A DNA stretch of 64,000 bases from an uncultured Actinomycetota bacterium (GTDB taxonomy: Bacteria > Actinomycetota > Humimicrobiia > Humimicrobiales > Humimicrobiaceae). Positions within the stretch are counted from its first letter, which is position 1. The number at the start of each line of letters is the position of its first letter. Below, piece by piece: positions 59,328 through 64,000 of this stretch. The notes under the pieces were generated by a model, which saw nothing but the letters and a program-made list of their open reading frames with translations, did not search any database and was not told the DNA's origin. The DNA lies in contig CAYMPQ010000001.1 in NCBI GenBank assembly GCA_964392345.1, positions 5,114 to 69,113 of the forward strand. The letters run 5' to 3'. The translations under genes were made by a program, and so were the position numbers.

Positions 59328-59900
59328 ATGTTTTATAAAATTTTAAAGCGAAGCTTCGACATAATATTTTCAATCATTCTCCTGATATTATTTATACCTC
59401 TCTGGATAATCATTCCTATTTTAATAAAAATAGATTCTCCCGGGAAAATCATTTTCAGGCAAAAAAGAATTGGCACAGGCAGCAAATATTTTACTATTTA
59501 TAAATTTAGAACAATGAAAGAAGGAACGCCTGATATACCAACTGACAAGCTAAGCGGCCAGAACAGGCTAAATACTAAAACAGGCAGCACGCTCAGAAGG
59601 CTCAGCCTGGATGAAATCCCGCAGCTTATAAATATACTGAAAGGCGATATGAGTTTTGTGGGGCCAAGGCCCGCGCTCCACAACCAGCCTCTGCTTATAA
59701 GGCTTAGAAGGCAGAGAGGCATTGATAAAGTTCGCCCAGGTGTGACAGGACTTGCCCAGATCAGCGGAAGAGACAGTTTGTCCATACCTAAAAAAGTTGA
59801 ATATGATGGTTTGTATATAAAAGATGCCTCAATGCTTCTTGACATAAAAATTATGCTTGTTACCGTAAAAGCAGTTCTAACAGGCAAGGGTGCAAATTAG
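59328..59900 (+). CDS. Undecaprenyl-phosphate sugar phosphotransferase (small PglC/WbaP-C-terminal type bacterial sugar transferase)
   Basis: PRP motif GPRPAL, DE dyad region, re-entrant membrane helix; 190 aa. Confidence 0.85.
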   Translation: MFYKILKRSFDIIFSIILLILFIPLWIIIPILIKIDSPGKIIFRQKRIGTGSKYFTIYKFRTMKEGTPDIPTDKLSGQNRLNTKTGSTLRRLSLDEIPQLINILKGDMSFVGPRPALHNQPLLIRLRRQRGIDKVRPGVTGLAQISGRDSLSIPKKVEYDGLYIKDASMLLDIKIMLVTVKAVLTGKGAN

Positions 59901-59911
59901 CTTAAATATTT

Positions 59912-61027
59912 TTACTTGCTGTTATTTAACTTATACACAAAGCCGCCGCTATCTTTATATTTGTCTACCATAACCAGTTTATCTGAATATAGCTTGTCAC
60001 TTTCTGACAGGGCAATGATGTAGTTGTACCTATTTTGAGATTTGGAATTAACAAGCGCAGCCTCTTCTAAGATTTCACCGGTTTCCTTCTGGCTAATGTT
60101 TATAAATTTTACATCCGCAGGATATAAGTTATATGCTATCTCAGACATTATATATATTGGCTCACCTCTTACCAGAACTATAATATTTTCATCTTCTGGA
60201 ATCCTATCGCCTAACCAGGATATAAATTTCTCAAAATCATAAAAGCCAACATAAGTTTTGCTTAAATTACCGCTTAAAATATATCTTTTGTAAGAATCCC
60301 AGTAGCTTTTCACAGTGCATGCCTCAGATGCCATAAAATTAAAAGAGGCAAATATTAAAATTGATATCAGTATAATTAAGAAGGCTTTGTAAGTTTTAGC
60401 ACTTCTTTTAAATAATAAATTGTTGGCGATATATATTACAAGGAGTACCGCTAAAAAAATATATGCTGGAGTTAAAAATCTATTTATATGCTCAATATTA
60501 AAAATATTTTTGGAAAGATAATTTATGTATGAATCCAGAGAGGGCAGAACTCTTTCTTTTAGAACAATATTGCTTACAGATATTTTAACGCCTGCTACTT
60601 CCGGGACATCTACTTTTATGTGGCTGATCTTATTTTGGGTTTTCCCAGTCCAATATTTATTTTCCCCAATTGGCACGTAGTAATTGTGGCTTATCCCATC
60701 TATAAAAATTTTAAATTTCTGCTGGCTGGTGGTTTCAAATTCATCCTGCCCGGCATATTTCCACCTGACCCGCACACTTCCAGCTGGAAAATCTACAGAA
60801 CCAGTATTTTCAGCTTTTATATTTACTATGAGATAATCTGAGATTTTAGTAGTTTTTGGATTATCTAATTTAAACTCCAGAGGCTCGTATGCAATTTGCG
60901 TTAAACCTGCGTATGATGTATTAAATATTGGAAAGCAAAATGAGATAAAAATAAGCAGGAAAAACACAGAGACAGCTATGGAAATACGCTTTTTATATTT
61001 AAGAGGTATATTTTTTAATTTTGCCAC
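59912..61027 (-). CDS. Hypothetical membrane protein (N-terminal signal/anchor, ~150-aa extracytoplasmic domain, central TM pair, C-terminal alpha/beta domain)
   Basis: Hydrophobic segments at aa 15-35 and ~195-240; no family recognised; sits between the sugar transferase and an SDR epimerase. Confidence 0.5.
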   Translation of the reverse strand: MAKLKNIPLKYKKRISIAVSVFFLLIFISFCFPIFNTSYAGLTQIAYEPLEFKLDNPKTTKISDYLIVNIKAENTGSVDFPAGSVRVRWKYAGQDEFETTSQQKFKIFIDGISHNYYVPIGENKYWTGKTQNKISHIKVDVPEVAGVKISVSNIVLKERVLPSLDSYINYLSKNIFNIEHINRFLTPAYIFLAVLLVIYIANNLLFKRSAKTYKAFLIILISILIFASFNFMASEACTVKSYWDSYKRYILSGNLSKTYVGFYDFEKFISWLGDRIPEDENIIVLVRGEPIYIMSEIAYNLYPADVKFINISQKETGEILEEAALVNSKSQNRYNYIIALSESDKLYSDKLVMVDKYKDSGGFVYKLNNSK

Positions 61028-61059
61028 TTACAGCTGGTCCAATTTTTTTGTTACAGGTT

Positions 61060-61941
61060 CTAATTTAACTCTTTTATTAATTTCTCAATGCCGCTCTCAA
61101 AGCTTATAGGTGAAAAACCAAAATCACGTTTAGCCTCTTCATAAGAATAGCGCTTGTCAATTCCCATTCTTTCTATCTGTTCCGGGGTTAAGGCAGAATT
61201 TTTAGAAATCTTACTGTAGACGGATATTAAGAATTTACTTAAGCCAATTGGAAGTTTTATTACTTTAAATTGTTTGCCCATCTTGCTTTTCACAATTTTT
61301 ATCATATCATTATATTTTAAGGGTTTTTGCCCGGCTAAGTTATATGTTTTTCCGTATGTTTTTTTATTTTCCAAAACGCTGGCTGCAGCACAGGCTACGT
61401 CTCCAATATATATTGGCTGGATTAAATTATTCCCGTTTCCAAAGGTTATAAAGAAACCTCTCTTTTTTATAAATCTAATCATTTTTGAAAAATTAGTGTC
61501 ATTCTGGTAGCCATAAATCATGGAAGGCCTTAAGATTGTGTAATCTAATTTTGATTTTTTTATCAATCTTTCAGAATTTATTTTTTGTTCTTTTATTTTA
61601 TCCTCAGTAGGGATTAGAACAGTGGTAGAGCTAATAAACACAACTCTTTTAGTATCTGTACGATTTACTGCACCTAAGAAATTTTTAAGAAGCTGTGCAT
61701 GCTTTAGATCTACCATGTAAATTATTGCGTCTGCATCCCTAACGGCAGAGATTATTGAATCTCCGCTTTGGAGCGTTCCTGTGCTAAATTTAACTTCCTT
61801 ACCAGGCGACCTTGAAACTTCCTCAAGCCTGGATTTATTGCTATCTGTCCTGACCAGACAGTTAACTTTGTAGTTATTCTCTAATAGTTTACCAAGAACA
61901 TGCGGCCCCAAAAAGCCTGTCGCACCAATCACTAAAACCAT
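61060..61941 (-). CDS. NAD(P)-dependent epimerase/dehydratase family (atypical SDR, NmrA/NAD(P)H-binding type)
   Basis: N-terminal VLVIGATGFLG Rossmann; 293 aa. Confidence 0.75.
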   Translation of the reverse strand: MVLVIGATGFLGPHVLGKLLENNYKVNCLVRTDSNKSRLEEVSRSPGKEVKFSTGTLQSGDSIISAVRDADAIIYMVDLKHAQLLKNFLGAVNRTDTKRVVFISSTTVLIPTEDKIKEQKINSERLIKKSKLDYTILRPSMIYGYQNDTNFSKMIRFIKKRGFFITFGNGNNLIQPIYIGDVACAAASVLENKKTYGKTYNLAGQKPLKYNDMIKIVKSKMGKQFKVIKLPIGLSKFLISVYSKISKNSALTPEQIERMGIDKRYSYEEAKRDFGFSPISFESGIEKLIKELN

Positions 61942-62088
61942 TTCTATCCTTTTATTTGTAGTGGCATATAAGATTTTTGTAATTAAACCGTTATGGCAAA
62001 ATGCTCTGAAAGCAAATCAAAGTGTTTGTTTATATTGTCATAGTGCAATCATATCTTAACCAAAATTCACCCATAACGCTAAAAGTTT

Positions 62089-62499
62089 TTATATTAATAT
62101 GTCAAAAGAATCAAATCCTCTTGGTGCAACCACTTCAAAATGTTTTCTATCCAATGTAAGTATTTTATTAATCTTAAGCCGCTCAGCTATTGCAATAATA
62201 GAAGCATCAACATAACCAATGTTAAGGGTATCATATTTTTTCAATACCTCTATAATACGGAAGATGTCCTCATCTTTTAATATTTCCAGGTGGAAACTTC
62301 TGTTAATTTCTTGGAGGAAAATAAGCTCGATTTTATTTCCAAATCTACTGTTCAACATATAGCATATCTCACCAATGGTAGCAGAAGGTAGAATGTATAC
62401 ATTCTCTTTTTCTGTAAATATTCTTTTTAAATATTTGTGTTTCCCATATTTTTTATCCATCAAACCTATAACAGCACTGGTATCTAAAATAATTTGCAT
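62089..62499 (-). CDS. vapC: PIN-domain ribonuclease toxin (VapC-like)
   Basis: N-terminal ILDTSAVI with conserved Asp; later GYVDASIIAIAE acidic residues; start placed at MQIIL, 1 nt after the upstream gene stop. Confidence 0.75.
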   Translation of the reverse strand: MQIILDTSAVIGLMDKKYGKHKYLKRIFTEKENVYILPSATIGEICYMLNSRFGNKIELIFLQEINRSFHLEILKDEDIFRIIEVLKKYDTLNIGYVDASIIAIAERLKINKILTLDRKHFEVVAPRGFDSFDILI

Positions 62500-62500
62500 T

Positions 62501-62752
62501 TCAGTCCTTTCCAAAGTTTTTCTCTAAATATTCTTCATCATTTTCAGCAAAATGAGGATCACCGCTATCAACAATTCCAACAATATTAGTTTCTTTCTTA
62601 GGAATTTTTTTAACAATATATTCACTAATTGCTTCTCTAATAATAAAGGATGTAGATTTACTAGTAAATTTTGCTATTTTTTTTAGTTTAAACATAACAT
62701 CCTTATCTAAAAGCACAGATGTTCTTTCTCTTTCCATTATATCTAACCCCAT
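62501..62752 (-). CDS. vapB: Antitoxin, probable ribbon-helix-helix (CopG/VapB-like) DNA-binding protein
   Basis: 83 aa; RTSVLLDKDVMFKLKKIA...FIIREAISEYI fits a beta-strand plus two-helix RHH; stop-start adjacency with the PIN gene. Confidence 0.6.
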   Translation of the reverse strand: MGLDIMERERTSVLLDKDVMFKLKKIAKFTSKSTSFIIREAISEYIVKKIPKKETNIVGIVDSGDPHFAENDEEYLEKNFGKD

Positions 62753-62763
62753 CTTTAATTAAT

Positions 62764-62793
62764 ATGCATATTAATATTATGCATATTAATATA
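62764..62793. repeat. Tandem 15-bp direct repeat (atgcatattaatatt x2), each containing the palindrome aatatgcatatt: probable antitoxin operator upstream of vapBC
   Basis: Read directly; lies in the divergent promoter region between vapB and the downstream membrane-protein gene. Confidence 0.4.
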
Positions 62794-62882
62794 TCTGACT
62801 CTTTATGTCAATTATTTTTTGCATTTTTTTGTTTGTTTTATTATTGTAATTAAAACTTATTAATATTTGATTGTCTCTATAA

Positions 62883-64000
62883 ATGTTAGTTTATCTTAAA
62901 TTGATTTTAGCAATACTCTCGCTTTTTTTTATAGGGTATATACCTGTCTATTTTCTGCTGCTTAAAAACAACAGTTCATCTGCAAGATACAATTCTATTT
63001 CCAGAAGATTTTATATATTTTTCATAAGTTTTTATGCAGGCGCGCTCATCATCTCACTTTTTTTCATAGCTGTGTCACTGCTTGAAATAAAGTATAATAT
63101 TTGGCTGGTACTGAGCCTTAGCCTGATTGCTTTTATTTTCTTTTTGTACTGTTATTTTAGCGGAAAACATTTTAATGAAAAAAATAAATTTCCAAAAAAT
63201 TTTGGCCCTGCGAAAACCGAAAAAGCAATATTTATCATCTTTGCCGCACTTATTGCAGTTAATTTTGCCATAGTGCTATTTTTTGCAATGCTGTTTCCAA
63301 TAAGATTCTGGGACGCAGTCTCATGCTGGAGCCTCAAGGGAAAAGCTTTTTTTATAGACGGGAGCATAAATACTTTTTATAGCGAACATCATTACGGCTT
63401 TTCTCATCTGTCATACCCTCTATACCTGCCGCTGATACAGACCTGGATTTATTTCTGGATGGGAGAGATCAATGAAAATCTGGTAAAAATTATCTTCCCA
63501 CTATTTTACTGCTCTTCCTGCTTTATCCTTTATTATTATTTCAGGTTTAAAGTAAGCAGGATTTTATCTATCGTATTTGTATTCATATTTTCCACACTGC
63601 CAATTGTCACCGATCATGGCTATATTGAATATACAAATTTGCTTTTTTCCATAATCCTTGCCATAGGAGTTTTTAACTTCTATTTATCAAGGATAGAAGT
63701 TAAAAGCGCAAGAAAGCATCTTATGATTTCTGCTGTATTTTTTTCCATGCTGGCACTTACCAGAAGCGAGGGACTGCTATATGCATTTATATTTATTTTA
63801 CTAAACCTCATCTTTTTTATAATTAGCTTAAATGGAAGAAAAAATTTTATAAAAAATCTTTTGAATCTGGCAATTCCCACAGGCCTTGCTGCTGCAGTAC
63901 TGCTCCCATGGTTTCTGCTTAAAATTAAACTTAGTCTTCCGCTTGTGAGCATGGAATGGAGTGAACTGCTAAGAGCAAATGCAAATACTGGATTTGGCGC
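62883..64000 (+). CDS. Polytopic membrane protein, 3'-partial (runs off the window); possibly a GT-C-type (ArnT/PMT-like) glycosyltransferase
   Basis: Manually translated open frame from ATG 62883 to the window end (absent from the ORF track because it is incomplete); at least 10 hydrophobic helices. Confidence 0.45.
   Translation, partial: MLVYLKLILAILSLFFIGYIPVYFLLLKNNSSSARYNSISRRFYIFFISFYAGALIISLFFIAVSLLEIKYNIWLVLSLSLIAFIFFLYCYFSGKHFNEKNKFPKNFGPAKTEKAIFIIFAALIAVNFAIVLFFAMLFPIRFWDAVSCWSLKGKAFFIDGSINTFYSEHHYGFSHLSYPLYLPLIQTWIYFWMGEINENLVKIIFPLFYCSSCFILYYYFRFKVSRILSIVFVFIFSTLPIVTDHGYIEYTNLLFSIILAIGVFNFYLSRIEVKSARKHLMISAVFFSMLALTRSEGLLYAFIFILLNLIFFIISLNGRKNFIKNLLNLAIPTGLAAAVLLPWFLLKIKLSLPLVSMEWSELLRANANTGFG

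Noticed and set aside
1-64000. Search for tRNA/rRNA genes, IS elements, integrases and phage genes
   Set aside because: No cloverleaf-like GC-rich ~75-nt segments, rRNA signatures, transposase DDE motifs, recombinase motifs or terminal inverted repeats were seen. The window appears to be stable chromosomal backbone plus metabolic islands.

Overview
This 64 kb window looks like a gene-dense, low-GC bacterial chromosome segment with Firmicutes/Clostridia-like features: a T-box leader, a ROK-type XylR-like regulator, an LCP family protein, V/A-type ATPase and the rho-rpmE-prfA-prmC / tsaC-rpiB-glyA housekeeping block. I found no rRNA, tRNA, CRISPR array, transposase or integrase.

1) Bases 1-21 kb are a large carbohydrate-catabolism island. 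It contains:
- a LacI-family regulator and a ROK-family regulator;
- a CUT1-type ABC transporter with one substrate-binding protein, two permeases and, unusually, two different MalK-like ATPases, plus a trailing 74-aa membrane peptide;
- a ketose-3-epimerase-like protein, a divergent class-I xylose-isomerase-like protein and two other xylose-isomerase-fold TIM-barrel proteins;
- two Gfo/Idh/MocA oxidoreductases, a PMI-like cupin and a Zn-dependent polyol dehydrogenase;
- two tandem FGGY (xylulokinase-like) kinases.
I think this is the most likely candidate for an undescribed pathway, for example rare-ketose/polyol interconversion or 3-keto-sugar chemistry.

2) Bases 21-28 kb carry a SorC-family sugar-binding regulator directly abutting a TPP/lipoyl 2-oxoacid dehydrogenase module (E1 alpha, E1 beta, E2, then a zinc-ribbon protein). 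Octanoyltransferase LipB is convergent and E3 (Lpd) follows.

3) Bases 28-32 kb hold miscellaneous genes: a Cof-type HAD hydrolase, a hypothetical protein, an M23 peptidase, a PNP/MTAN-like nucleosidase, an Ldh_2 family dehydrogenase and HU.

4) A T-box leader with an apparent Trp (UGG) specifier precedes a stand-alone TrpB2-type tryptophan synthase beta homolog.

5) Housekeeping genes follow:
- rho (with an acidic N-terminal insertion), rpmE, a 49-aa ORF whose TGA stop overlaps the DUF1385 start (TGATG), prfA and prmC;
- an ArsB/NhaD-like permease;
- glyA-rpiB-tsaC on the minus strand and a dCMP deaminase.

6) A complete nine-gene V/A-type ATPase operon (G-I-K-E-C-F-A-B-D) lies on the minus strand.

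7) A cell-envelope glycopolymer locus follows: murA, an LCP-family protein carrying two tandem Ig-like repeats plus a LytR_C domain, a CapD-like dehydratase, a PglC-like sugar transferase, a hypothetical membrane protein, an SDR epimerase and a partial polytopic membrane protein (possibly GT-C), all interrupted by a VapBC-like toxin-antitoxin pair with a tandem-repeat operator.

All calls come from reading the ORF translations and the DNA by eye; no searches were run.
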